Origin: Candidatus Krumholzibacteriia bacterium
GTDB lineage: Bacteria; Krumholzibacteriota; Krumholzibacteriia; LZORAL124-64-63
Assembly (NCBI GenBank): GCA_046484865.1
Contig: JAWOID010000111.1
Location: 1 to 34,818, forward strand
Direction: 5' to 3'
Length of the DNA: 34,818 nt
Part shown: piece by piece, positions 17,630 through 26,029 of the stretch
How positions within the stretch are numbered: position 1 is the stretch's first letter
Layout: each line of letters begins with the position of its first letter
The notes under the pieces: generated by a model
Databases searched by the model: none
The model's input: only the letters and a program-made list of their open reading frames with translations
Told to the model about the DNA's origin: nothing
Program-made: the position numbers and the translations under genes

Positions 17630-20600
17630 ATGAACCGGACCGTCACGGCAACGATGCGCCGCTTCTCGTCGCTGCAGACCATCGCCGTTCTGCTGCTGTT
17701 GACCCTCGCGGCGGCCGGGACGGCGTCCGCAGCCGACTCGCTGGCCGAGATGCGGGCGCGGATCGCCGCCAACGGCTGGTCCTTCGAGGTCGATGACTCC
17801 TTCACCAGCAGCCTCACGCCCGAGGAGCGCGCGAACCTGCGCGGCTACCGGCCGCCTCCCGGTTACGAGGAGATCCTGCAGCGCAACCTGAAGATCTTCC
17901 CGGAAGACAAGCAGAGCCTGCCGAGCAGCTTCGACTGGCGCCAGCAGGGGGCGATCACTCCGGTCAAGAACCAGCTCACCTGCGGGTCGTGCTGGGCATT
18001 CGCCGCCACGGCCGAGCTGGAGTCGTTCGTCCAGATCTATTACGGCAAGTTCCTGGACCTGAGCGAGCAGCAGGTGGTGTCGTGCAACCGGTACGGCGCG
18101 GGATGCGGCGGCGGCTGGGCCGTGGCGGCCTACGACCTCTTCCTGCGCGAGGGCGCGGTCCGCGAGCGGTGCATGCCCTACCAGGCGCAGGACGCACCGG
18201 CGGCCCCCTGCGTGCAGGATGATTTCCACAAGTACGGCTGGGTGACCGACTGGTACTCGATCAGCAACAACATCACCCAGATCAAGACGGCACTGCTGAA
18301 CGGTCCCGTCTGCACGGCGGTGGACGCCTCCGGGGATTACTTCGAGAATTTCGCCGGCGGCTGCTACGACGCACCCGGTTCGGGCACAAATCACCTGGTG
18401 CTGATCATCGGCTGGGACGACCGCGCCTGCAGCGGCGCCGGTGCGTGGATCATCAAGAACTCCTGGGGAGGCGCCTGGGGCGAGGGCGGCTACGGCTACA
18501 TCAAGTACGGCGCTGCCTCGATCGGCACGGGTTGCACACAACTCCAGTACGCCCCGCCGCCGGCGCAGGTGCACATCTCCGTCCCCAATGCGGCCACGGA
18601 GTTCGTGGGCGACGAGTTCGCCACCATCAGCTGGTCGACCAGCGGTGCCACGGTATCCGCGGTCGACATCTACTTCTCCCGCAACGACGGCTGCTACGTG
18701 GATCCGGTGGCGCTGAACATCCCGAACACGGGCAGCTACGAGTGGCTGGTGCCCAACGAGGCCACCAGCGCGGGCCGTCTGCTGATCTTCCCGACCGGCG
18801 ATACCGCGCAGGGATACGGGTTCTCGGAGCCCGGCTTCACCATCCTCGGGCACAAGATCCGCTACGTCTCCGGCGCCGGCAGCGACACCGCCCCCTACGA
18901 AACCCCCGCCACCGCGGCGCGGACCATCACCGCGGCGGTGCAGGCGTGCACCGGCTTCGATTCCGTGATGGTCGCCGGGGGCGACTACCTCGAGTCCGTC
19001 TCCGTGAGCAAGACGGTGCGCCTCTACGGCGGCTGGAGCAGCGATTTCTCCGTGCGCGACCCGGCTCTCCATCCCACCCGGCTGCGCGGGAGCGACAGCG
19101 CGCTGCGCTTCTTCTCGGACGCCGGCGACTTCCCCGTGGTGGAGGATTTCATCTTCCGCGACGGCAGCGGCGGCACCTATTCCCAGCCGGTGAACGGCCG
19201 TCACGGCGGGGCGATCTACATCCGCAACGCCTCGCCGGTGATCCGCAACTGCCTGTTCGAGAACAACCGCGCCCATCCCACCGGCGGCACCGGCGAGGGC
19301 GGAGCCATCATGGTGGCGGGCGGCAGCCCGCGGGTGGTGAACTGCGAGTTCCGCGGCAACCGCGCGACTTCCGGCGGTGCGATCGCGCTGTACGATGCCG
19401 TCGATGCGCGGCTGGATAGCCTCGTCTTCGCGGGCAACGCCTGCGAGGACAGCAGCAGCGGCAATCGCGGCGCCGACATCCTGGTCAGCGGCGGACAGGT
19501 GATCCTGGACGAGGTGACGATGACCGGCGGTTCGGCCTACCAGGGCGGCGGCCTGTACGCGACCTCGGCCACCGTGCGCATGACCGGCGGTGCGGTGCGC
19601 AACGCCCGTGCCGCGCAGGACGGCGGCGGCATCCATGCCAGCAGTTCGGTGCTGGAACTGACCCGGGTCGAGATCAGCGGCAATCTCGCTCGCATGGGCG
19701 TGGGCGGCGGTCTCAACTCCACCGAAGGCGAGGCGAACCTCGTCAACGTCATCGTCCGCGACAACACCGCCCAGTCCTACGGCGGCGGGCTGGCGTTGCT
19801 GACCGCCACGGGCCGGGTGGAAAACTGCCTGCTCGTGGGGAACACGGCGCCCACGCTGGCGGCCGGGGCGATCGTGAGCGCGTCCGGCCCGTTCACCGCG
19901 CGCAACAATCTCGTACTGCAGAATCAGGGCGTGGGCTGGGCGATCTATGGAACCGAGGCGGTCGCCGACTTCAACGGCGTGTTCGGGAACACCGGCGGCG
20001 ACTACGGCGGCACTCCGGGCCCGAACGACATCCAGGACGATCCGCTGCTCGTGGATGCGGCGACGGGCGACTACGGTCTGGGTCTCCATTCGCCGGCGAT
20101 CGATCGCGGCGATCCTGATCCGGCGTGCGTCGACCCCGACGGCTCTCGCGCGGACATGGGTTGCCACGGCGGGCCGCAAGCGATCGAGCCGCCTCCCGCC
20201 CGCATCGTGGACGCGCAGGTGCAGGACCTGGGCGCCGGGGCCGTCCGCGTGACCTGGACGGCGTCCACGGAGCCGGATCTGGCGCAGTACGTGGTCTACC
20301 GCGACAGCGCCGCGGTGTTCGTGCCCGCCGCGGAGACGGTCGTGGACACGGTGGTCCCGCCGGAGGTGCTCTGCGACGACACGCCGCCGCCGGGCTCCTG
20401 GTACTACGTGGTGGTGGCGGTGGACACGACCGGCCGGTGCAGCGGCTTCTCCGATCATGCGTCGCTCGATGTCACGGCCGCGCCCGGCTCCGATCTGCCG
20501 CGGGCGCTCGGCATCACGGCCGTGGTCCCGAACCCGTTCAATCCGCAGACGGCCATCGGCTTCGCCGTACCGCGTCCGGCGCGCGTCTCGGTCGCGGTGT

Positions 20601-20779
20601 ACGACCTCGCCGGTCGGCGGATCCGTACGCTGGTGGATGGTCCGGTCGCGGCCGGTCACCACATCGCGGTGTGGGATGGTCGCACCGACCGCGGCCGATT
20701 CGTCGCCGCCGGCGTCTACCTGGTGCGCGTCCACGACGGACAGGCGGTCGCCACCGCCAAGGCGGTGCTCGCCAAGTAG
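17630..20779 (+). CDS. Secreted C1A (papain-family) cysteine peptidase with beta-helix, FN3-like and FlgD-Ig/T9SS-like C-terminal domains
   Basis: Signal peptide and propeptide. SSFDWR, KNQLTCGSCWAF (Gln/Cys), LSEQ, NHLV (His) and IKNSWG (Asn). GGAI/FxxN repeats. C-terminal PNPFNP...WDG. Confidence 0.9.
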   Translation: MNRTVTATMRRFSSLQTIAVLLLLTLAAAGTASAADSLAEMRARIAANGWSFEVDDSFTSSLTPEERANLRGYRPPPGYEEILQRNLKIFPEDKQSLPSSFDWRQQGAITPVKNQLTCGSCWAFAATAELESFVQIYYGKFLDLSEQQVVSCNRYGAGCGGGWAVAAYDLFLREGAVRERCMPYQAQDAPAAPCVQDDFHKYGWVTDWYSISNNITQIKTALLNGPVCTAVDASGDYFENFAGGCYDAPGSGTNHLVLIIGWDDRACSGAGAWIIKNSWGGAWGEGGYGYIKYGAASIGTGCTQLQYAPPPAQVHISVPNAATEFVGDEFATISWSTSGATVSAVDIYFSRNDGCYVDPVALNIPNTGSYEWLVPNEATSAGRLLIFPTGDTAQGYGFSEPGFTILGHKIRYVSGAGSDTAPYETPATAARTITAAVQACTGFDSVMVAGGDYLESVSVSKTVRLYGGWSSDFSVRDPALHPTRLRGSDSALRFFSDAGDFPVVEDFIFRDGSGGTYSQPVNGRHGGAIYIRNASPVIRNCLFENNRAHPTGGTGEGGAIMVAGGSPRVVNCEFRGNRATSGGAIALYDAVDARLDSLVFAGNACEDSSSGNRGADILVSGGQVILDEVTMTGGSAYQGGGLYATSATVRMTGGAVRNARAAQDGGGIHASSSVLELTRVEISGNLARMGVGGGLNSTEGEANLVNVIVRDNTAQSYGGGLALLTATGRVENCLLVGNTAPTLAAGAIVSASGPFTARNNLVLQNQGVGWAIYGTEAVADFNGVFGNTGGDYGGTPGPNDIQDDPLLVDAATGDYGLGLHSPAIDRGDPDPACVDPDGSRADMGCHGGPQAIEPPPARIVDAQVQDLGAGAVRVTWTASTEPDLAQYVVYRDSAAVFVPAAETVVDTVVPPEVLCDDTPPPGSWYYVVVAVDTTGRCSGFSDHASLDVTAAPGSDLPRALGITAVVPNPFNPQTAIGFAVPRPARVSVAVYDLAGRRIRTLVDGPVAAGHHIAVWDGRTDRGRFVAAGVYLVRVHDGQAVATAKAVLAK

Positions 20780-20826
20780 CGAGTCGCATCGCCGGATCGT
20801 GCCCCTGGAATCGTCGGTTCGCACCT

Positions 20827-20867
20827 GCGGCGCGCCGTTCGGACCATCCGTCCGAACGGCGCGCCGC
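20827..20867. terminator. Perfect 18-bp-stem hairpin downstream of the peptidase
   Basis: GCGGCGCGCCGTTCGGAC-CATCC-GTCCGAACGGCGCGCCGC. No U tract. Confidence 0.6.
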
Positions 20868-20950
20868 GCTCCGTCCACCCGCGTTCCCCGAGGCTGACGG
20901 CCGCGTCACGGCGGGGCTCGCAGCCGCACCCCCGGCACCGAGGGTTTCGC

Positions 20951-20979
20951 TTGTGTACCGGACCAGCGAAGACTACTTT
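20951..20979 (+). promoter_or_regulatory. Candidate sigma70 promoter for the por operon
   Basis: TTGTGT-17 bp-TACTTT, about 60 bp upstream of the first ATG. Confidence 0.4.
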
Positions 20980-21042
20980 TGCCGCGCCGGGGCGCCTTGC
21001 AACGCCCCGGCTCCTTCGATGACGCAGCAAAGGAGTGTTCCC

Positions 21043-21624
21043 ATGGCAGGTCAGATGGTCGAGATCCGCTGGCACGCGCGGGGCGGCCAAGGCGCCAAGA
21101 CCGCGGCCATGTTCGTGGCCGAGGCGGTCCTGGAGAAGGGCAAGTTTGGCCAGGGTTTCCCCGAGTACGGGCCCGAGCGCCGCGGGGCGCCGATGCGCGG
21201 CTACACGCGCGTCTCGGAGCAGCCCATCCGGCGGCATTGCAGCATCGAGAAGCCCGGCATCGTGATCATCCTGGATCCGTCCCTGCTCGAGTCGCCTGCC
21301 GCCGCGGTCACGGCCGGTACCGATGACGCCACCGTGTTCATCGTGAACACCAGCGAGTCGCCGGGGAGCATCCGCGAGCGCCTGAACGTGACCGGCGCCA
21401 AGGTCTATACGGTGGACGCGACGAAGATCGCCCTGGACACCTTCGGCCGTCCGATCCCCAACATGCCGATGGTGGGCGCATTGCTGGCCGTGGAAGCGCT
21501 GATGACCCTGGACGAGCTGAAGGCCGCGATGGTCGAGCAGTTCAGCAAGAAGTTCTCCCAGGCCGTCGTCGATGGCAATCTGGCCGCCGTGGAGCGGGCC
21601 CACAAGGAGTTGAGGAAGGAATGA
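21043..21624 (+). CDS. porC: Pyruvate/2-oxoacid:ferredoxin oxidoreductase gamma subunit
   Basis: EIRWHARGGQGAKTA, FPEYGPERRGAP and PNMPMVGA. AAGGAG RBS. Confidence 0.93.
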   Translation: MAGQMVEIRWHARGGQGAKTAAMFVAEAVLEKGKFGQGFPEYGPERRGAPMRGYTRVSEQPIRRHCSIEKPGIVIILDPSLLESPAAAVTAGTDDATVFIVNTSESPGSIRERLNVTGAKVYTVDATKIALDTFGRPIPNMPMVGALLAVEALMTLDELKAAMVEQFSKKFSQAVVDGNLAAVERAHKELRKE

Positions 21625-21929
21625 GTCTCAAGCGAGCCCCCGAGTTGCCCGAGGCCGGGATCATCCCCGAGGCCGGCAACGCCCATGAATACAAGACCGG
21701 CGACTGGCGCACCTTCGTGCCCCGGTTCGTGGCCGAGAACTGCATCCACTGCCTCTTCTGCTGGATCTACTGCCCCGATTCCGCCATCGAGGTGGACCTC
21801 TCCGGCGAGAAGCCGCTGGTGACGGGCGTGGACTTCGACCACTGCAAGGGCTGCGGCATCTGTGCCACCGAGTGCCCGCCTGCGGCCAAGGGCAAGGCCG
21901 CCCTGGTCATGGTCCGCGAGGAGAAGTAG
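21621..21929 (+). CDS. porD: Pyruvate/2-oxoacid:ferredoxin oxidoreductase delta subunit (2x[4Fe-4S])
   Basis: KTGDWR, CIHCLFCWIYCP and CKGCGICATECP. ATGA overlap. Confidence 0.94.
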   Translation: MSLKRAPELPEAGIIPEAGNAHEYKTGDWRTFVPRFVAENCIHCLFCWIYCPDSAIEVDLSGEKPLVTGVDFDHCKGCGICATECPPAAKGKAALVMVREEK

Positions 21930-21991
21930 GAGCTGGCGACGCTTTGCCGGCCCCAGGATCTGCGCCCCATCAGCGCGAAAGGATGAGCACG

Positions 21992-23170
21992 ATGAAGCAG
22001 AAGCTCGTGGCGCTGTCCGGTAACGAGGCGGTGGCCTACGCCTTCAAGCAGGCCCGTCCGCACGTGGCCTCGGCGTTCCCGATCACCCCCCAGACCGAGA
22101 TGATGCACAAGTACGCCGAGTTCGTCGCCAACGGCGAGGTGGATACCGAGATGATCCTCGTCGAGAGCGAGCACTCGGCCATGAGCGCCGCCGTGGGCAG
22201 CGCCGCAGCCGGTGCACGCACCATCACCGCCACCAGCAGCGCGGGCTTCGCGCTGATGTGGGAGGTGGTGTACATCGCCGCGTCCCTGCGCCTGCCCATC
22301 CAGATGGCGCTGGTGAACCGTGCCCTGAGCGGCAACATCAACATCCACTGCGACCACAGCGACAGCATGGGCGGCCGCGACGCGGGCTGGATCCACATGT
22401 TCTGCGAGAACGCCCAGGAGGCTTACGATTCGGCGCTGATGAACTTCCGGATCAGCGAGCACCCGAACGTGCGCATTCCCGCCATGACGAACTACGACGG
22501 GTTCATCATCAGTCATACCGCCGACTCGCTGCACATGCTCGACGACGACACGGCCTATCGCTTCGTCGGCGACTACCGGCCGGCCTACACGCTGCTGGAC
22601 ACGGAGAACCCGATCACGGTGGGGCCGCTGGACCTGACCGACTACTACTTCGAGCACAAGTGGAGCCAGCTGGAGGCGCAGAAGCACGTCATTCCGGTGG
22701 CTCGCGAGGTGATCCGGGAGTTCGGCGAACTCACCGGCCGCCACTACGACCTGTACGAGGAGTACCGGCTGGACGATGCGGACCTGGTGATGGTGGTGCT
22801 CGGCTCGAGCGCCGGCACCACCAAGGACGTCATCGACGAGTACCGCGAGAAGGGCGTGAAGGTGGGACTGCTCAAGATGCGCCTGTTCCGCCCCTTCCCC
22901 CACGCCGAGCTGGTCAACGTTTTGGCCGGGCGCAAGGCCGTCGCGGTGCTCGACCGCTCGGCGTCGTTCGGCGGCTTCGGCGGTCCGGTGTTCACCGAGA
23001 TCCGCTCCGCCCTGTACGGCAAGGACCAGGTGCCGATCCACAACTGGATCTACGGCCTGGGCGGTCGCGATTACGAGATGAAGCACGCAGCCGAGGTGAT
23101 CGACTCCCTGCAGAAGATCGCCGCCGGCGAGCCGCTGGAGCCCGTCAACCTGCTGGGCGTCCGGCTCTAG
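21992..23170 (+). CDS. porA: Pyruvate/2-oxoacid:ferredoxin oxidoreductase alpha subunit
   Basis: GNEAVA, FPITPQT, ESEHSAMS, DGFIISH, RLFRPFP and YGLGGRD. Confidence 0.94.
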   Translation: MKQKLVALSGNEAVAYAFKQARPHVASAFPITPQTEMMHKYAEFVANGEVDTEMILVESEHSAMSAAVGSAAAGARTITATSSAGFALMWEVVYIAASLRLPIQMALVNRALSGNINIHCDHSDSMGGRDAGWIHMFCENAQEAYDSALMNFRISEHPNVRIPAMTNYDGFIISHTADSLHMLDDDTAYRFVGDYRPAYTLLDTENPITVGPLDLTDYYFEHKWSQLEAQKHVIPVAREVIREFGELTGRHYDLYEEYRLDDADLVMVVLGSSAGTTKDVIDEYREKGVKVGLLKMRLFRPFPHAELVNVLAGRKAVAVLDRSASFGGFGGPVFTEIRSALYGKDQVPIHNWIYGLGGRDYEMKHAAEVIDSLQKIAAGEPLEPVNLLGVRL

Positions 23171-23184
23171 AAAGGAGGTCTGGG

Positions 23185-24135
23185 ATGGCTGTCAACCTGA
23201 AGAAGCTGGTACAGAACGAGGACCTCCTGACCGGAGGGCATCGTGCCTGCGCCGGCTGCACCGGCGCCAACATCCTGCGTCAGATCATGCTGACCGCGGG
23301 CAAGGACACGGTGGTGGGCGGCGCCACCGGGTGCATGGAGGTGGTCACCACCATCTATCCGTACACCGCCTGGCGCACACCGTTCATCCACAGCGCATTC
23401 GAGAACGCTGCCGCCACGGTGAGCGGCGTGGAGACCGCGTTCCGGGCCCTGCGCAAGCGCGGCGATCTGCCGGTGCCGCGCGAGAAGATGAACTTCATCG
23501 CGTTCGGCGGCGACGGCGGCACCTACGACATCGGCCTGCAGTCGTTGTCGGGAGCCATGGAGCGCGGGCACAACATGCTGTACGTCTGCTACGACAACGA
23601 GGCGTACATGAACACCGGCATCCAGCGGTCGAGCGCCACCCCTCCGGGTGCGCACACCTCCACCACCCCCGCCGGCACGGTGTCGCAGGGCAAGGAGCAG
23701 ATCCGCAAGGACCTGACGTCGATCATGGTCGCCCACAACATCCCTTACGTGGCCCAGACGACGCCCTTCCACTGGAAGGATCTGGCCACCAAGGTGGAGA
23801 AGGCGCTGGCGGTGGACGGCCCGGCGTTCCTGAACGTCCTGATGCCGTGCACGGTCGGCTGGCACTTCGACCAGGCCGACGGCATGCAGGTGGCCAAGGA
23901 AGCGGTGGAGTGCAACTTCTGGCCGCTGTTCGAGGTGGAGAACGGCGTCTACAAGATCAACGCCAAGCCGAAGAAGACGGGCAGCGTGGCGGACTGGATG
24001 AAGAAGCAGGGCCGCTTCCGCCACCTCTTCAAGCCGGGCAACGAGTCGATGCTCGAGGCCGCGCAGCAGCACGTGGACCGCTACTGGGAGCGGCTGCTGT
24101 TGCTGGAGGAGATGACCGGGGGAGCGGCGAAGTAG
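23185..24135 (+). CDS. porB: Pyruvate/2-oxoacid:ferredoxin oxidoreductase beta subunit (TPP-binding)
   Basis: GHRACAGC, ATGC, GGDGG...DNEAYMNTG and PC. AAAGGAGG RBS. Confidence 0.95.
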   Translation: MAVNLKKLVQNEDLLTGGHRACAGCTGANILRQIMLTAGKDTVVGGATGCMEVVTTIYPYTAWRTPFIHSAFENAAATVSGVETAFRALRKRGDLPVPREKMNFIAFGGDGGTYDIGLQSLSGAMERGHNMLYVCYDNEAYMNTGIQRSSATPPGAHTSTTPAGTVSQGKEQIRKDLTSIMVAHNIPYVAQTTPFHWKDLATKVEKALAVDGPAFLNVLMPCTVGWHFDQADGMQVAKEAVECNFWPLFEVENGVYKINAKPKKTGSVADWMKKQGRFRHLFKPGNESMLEAAQQHVDRYWERLLLLEEMTGGAAK

Positions 24136-24217
24136 CGACCGCCGTCGCCGCAGCCAGCGCGAGGCGGCCGCGGCGAGGCGCCGGCCGCGACGGGTGCGGC
24201 CTGCCAGATCAGCGAGA

Positions 24218-24259
24218 AACGAAGGCCGCCCCTCCCCGTCGGGAGGGGCGGTCTTCGTT
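24218..24259. terminator. Probable bidirectional terminator between porB and tenA
   Basis: AACGAAGGCCGCCCCTCCC-CGTC-GGGAGGGGCGGTCTTCGTT, between convergent operons. Confidence 0.75.
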
Positions 24260-24316
24260 CCTGGCGAGCCTCGCCGGGCGCGGAGGTTCCGGACGTCGCG
24301 CCACGGCGGCCGCCCT

Positions 24317-24970
24317 TCACCGGGGCGGCCACTCCTCCCGCCGGTACGCGCCGTCCCAGAACATCCATTCCAGCCGCGCCGACGTCTCGTAAGCCGAGGC
24401 CATGCGGGTGCGGACGGCATCCGTGGCGGCGGCGGCGACGAGATCGGTGATCGCGACGGCATCGGCCGTGGCTTGCCCGAACTCCTCGCCGGCGTAGGTA
24501 TCGATCCACCTGCGGTAGGGATTGTCGGCCGTGGCGGCCGCGTGGACGGAAAGCCCCACCTCGCGGTACGTCCAGAAGCAGGGCAGCAGCGCGGCCACCG
24601 CTTCCTCGTAGCTGCGATGGGCGGCGGTCGCGACGAGGTAGTTCGTGTAGGCGAAGCAGGCGGGCGCCGGCTCGACCGCCGCGGATACCCCGTGGTCGCG
24701 GAAGAACTCCTCGTGCATGCCGCGCTCCACGACCACCGCGGTCCGGGCGAACTCGAGGAAGCGCAGCACCAGCCCAGGCGGTCCCGAGCGGGCGCCGGTG
24801 AGCGCCAGCGCCCGGCAGTAGTCCACCAGGTAGAGGGCGTCCTGCTGCAGGTAATAAGCGAACGTCTCCCGTGGCAGGGTGCCTGCGGCCAGCTCGCGGT
24901 TGAACGGGTGCGCGAGGGTGGCCTCGTGAATGCGAGCGGTGGCGCGCCACACCTGTTCCGTGAAGGTCAT
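24317..24970 (-). CDS. tenA: TenA (thiaminase II / aminopyrimidine aminohydrolase)
   Basis: HPF...GTL, YLQQDALYL, LLPCFWTY (catalytic-type Cys), YRRWIDTY and LEWMFWD. Confidence 0.94.
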   Translation of the reverse strand: MTFTEQVWRATARIHEATLAHPFNRELAAGTLPRETFAYYLQQDALYLVDYCRALALTGARSGPPGLVLRFLEFARTAVVVERGMHEEFFRDHGVSAAVEPAPACFAYTNYLVATAAHRSYEEAVAALLPCFWTYREVGLSVHAAATADNPYRRWIDTYAGEEFGQATADAVAITDLVAAAATDAVRTRMASAYETSARLEWMFWDGAYRREEWPPR

Positions 24971-25002
24971 GCCGCCTCCTTCCGCAGCTCGGGAGGTACC
25001 GT

Positions 25003-25944
25003 TCAACTCTCGCCGTCCCGCCACAGGTCGAAGAAGTGGTGGACCGGCGCGTGGCCGTGTCCCAGCGACCGCGAGGCCCCCGCCAGGATGGCTCCGGTGA
25101 GGTAGCGCTTGGCCCGCTCCACCGCAGCGATGATATCGTAGCCGCGCGCCAGGTGGGCGGCGATGGCGGAGGACAGCGTGCAGCCGGTGCCGTGGGTGTT
25201 GCCGGTGACCACGCGGCGTGCGGTGAACCAGCGGACGCCAGGCTCCGTCGGACCGTCGGTGCGCCCGGTCCGACCGTCGTCGGGATGGCGGCCGGGACCG
25301 CCCTCGGTCGTCGCTTCCGGCTGGTCGACCCGGCCGCGGTGCCCGGGCAGCCAGCACAGGCAGTCATCGCTGTCGTCACCGCCGGCGTGGCCACCCTTCA
25401 CCAGCACGGCGGTCGACCCCAGTGCGAGCAGCCGCCGGCCGGCATCTTCCTGTCCCGCGCGGCCGGTCGCGGCCAGATCGCGGGCATCCACGTCCAGCAG
25501 CACCGCGGTTTCCGGCAGGTTCGGCGTGAGCACCGCAGCAAGGGGGATCAGCTCCTCCCTCAGCGCCGCCACCGCCTCGGCGCGGAGCAACTCATCGCCG
25601 CTCTTGGCCACCATCACCGGATCCACCACCACGGGCCCGGCGCCATGCGCGCGCAGCCGCTCGGCGACGGCGCGCACGATCTCCGGCGACTGCAGCATGC
25701 CCACCTTCACGGCATCGGCGCCGATGTCGGTGAGGACTGCGTCCATCTGCTGCGCCACGAATTCGGGCGGCACGGAATGGATCGCGGTCACGCCGGTGGT
25801 GTTCTGGGCGGTGAGGGCGGTGATGACGGACATGCCGTAGCAGCCGAGGGCCGCGAAGGTCTTGAGGTCCGCCTGGATCCCCGCACCGCCGCCGCTGTCG
25901 GAACCGGCGACGGTCAGGCAGCGGCGGTAGCCGGTCGGTGCCAT
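25003..25944 (-). CDS. thiD: Hydroxymethylpyrimidine/phosphomethylpyrimidine kinase
   Basis: AGSDSGGGAGIQADLKTF, TAQNT, DPVMVAKSG, TPNLPE, KGGH and THGTGCTLSS. Confidence 0.96.
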   Translation of the reverse strand: MAPTGYRRCLTVAGSDSGGGAGIQADLKTFAALGCYGMSVITALTAQNTTGVTAIHSVPPEFVAQQMDAVLTDIGADAVKVGMLQSPEIVRAVAERLRAHGAGPVVVDPVMVAKSGDELLRAEAVAALREELIPLAAVLTPNLPETAVLLDVDARDLAATGRAGQEDAGRRLLALGSTAVLVKGGHAGGDDSDDCLCWLPGHRGRVDQPEATTEGGPGRHPDDGRTGRTDGPTEPGVRWFTARRVVTGNTHGTGCTLSSAIAAHLARGYDIIAAVERAKRYLTGAILAGASRSLGHGHAPVHHFFDLWRDGES

Positions 25945-25978
25945 GATGTCCTCCCCGGACGGCGGAACGTCCTCTCGA

Positions 25979-26029
25979 CCGGATGATTCACGAGTGACGA
26001 CCGCAGCAGGTCGCTCATGAATGATCCGG
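25979..26029. repeat. Collapsed copy of the 72-257 palindromic element
   Basis: CCGGATGATTCACGAGTGAC and GTCGCTCATGAATGATCCGG match the two terminal repeats. The CCGCAGCAGG subterminal sequence is kept and the core is deleted. Confidence 0.8.

Noticed and set aside
17594..20878. Very long antisense or alternate-frame ORFs (also 8364-10805, 11083-14046, 11699-14254, 15166-17586, 29573-32674)
   Set aside because: These are shadow ORFs expected from high GC3 codon bias. They show no motifs and overlap well-supported genes.
20125..21042. N-terminal extension fusing extra sequence to porC (likewise for porB, thiD, thiE, tenA and the 28868 start)
   Set aside because: The ORF track uses the most upstream start. 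RBS-supported starts lie downstream and the extensions overlap other genes or the riboswitch.
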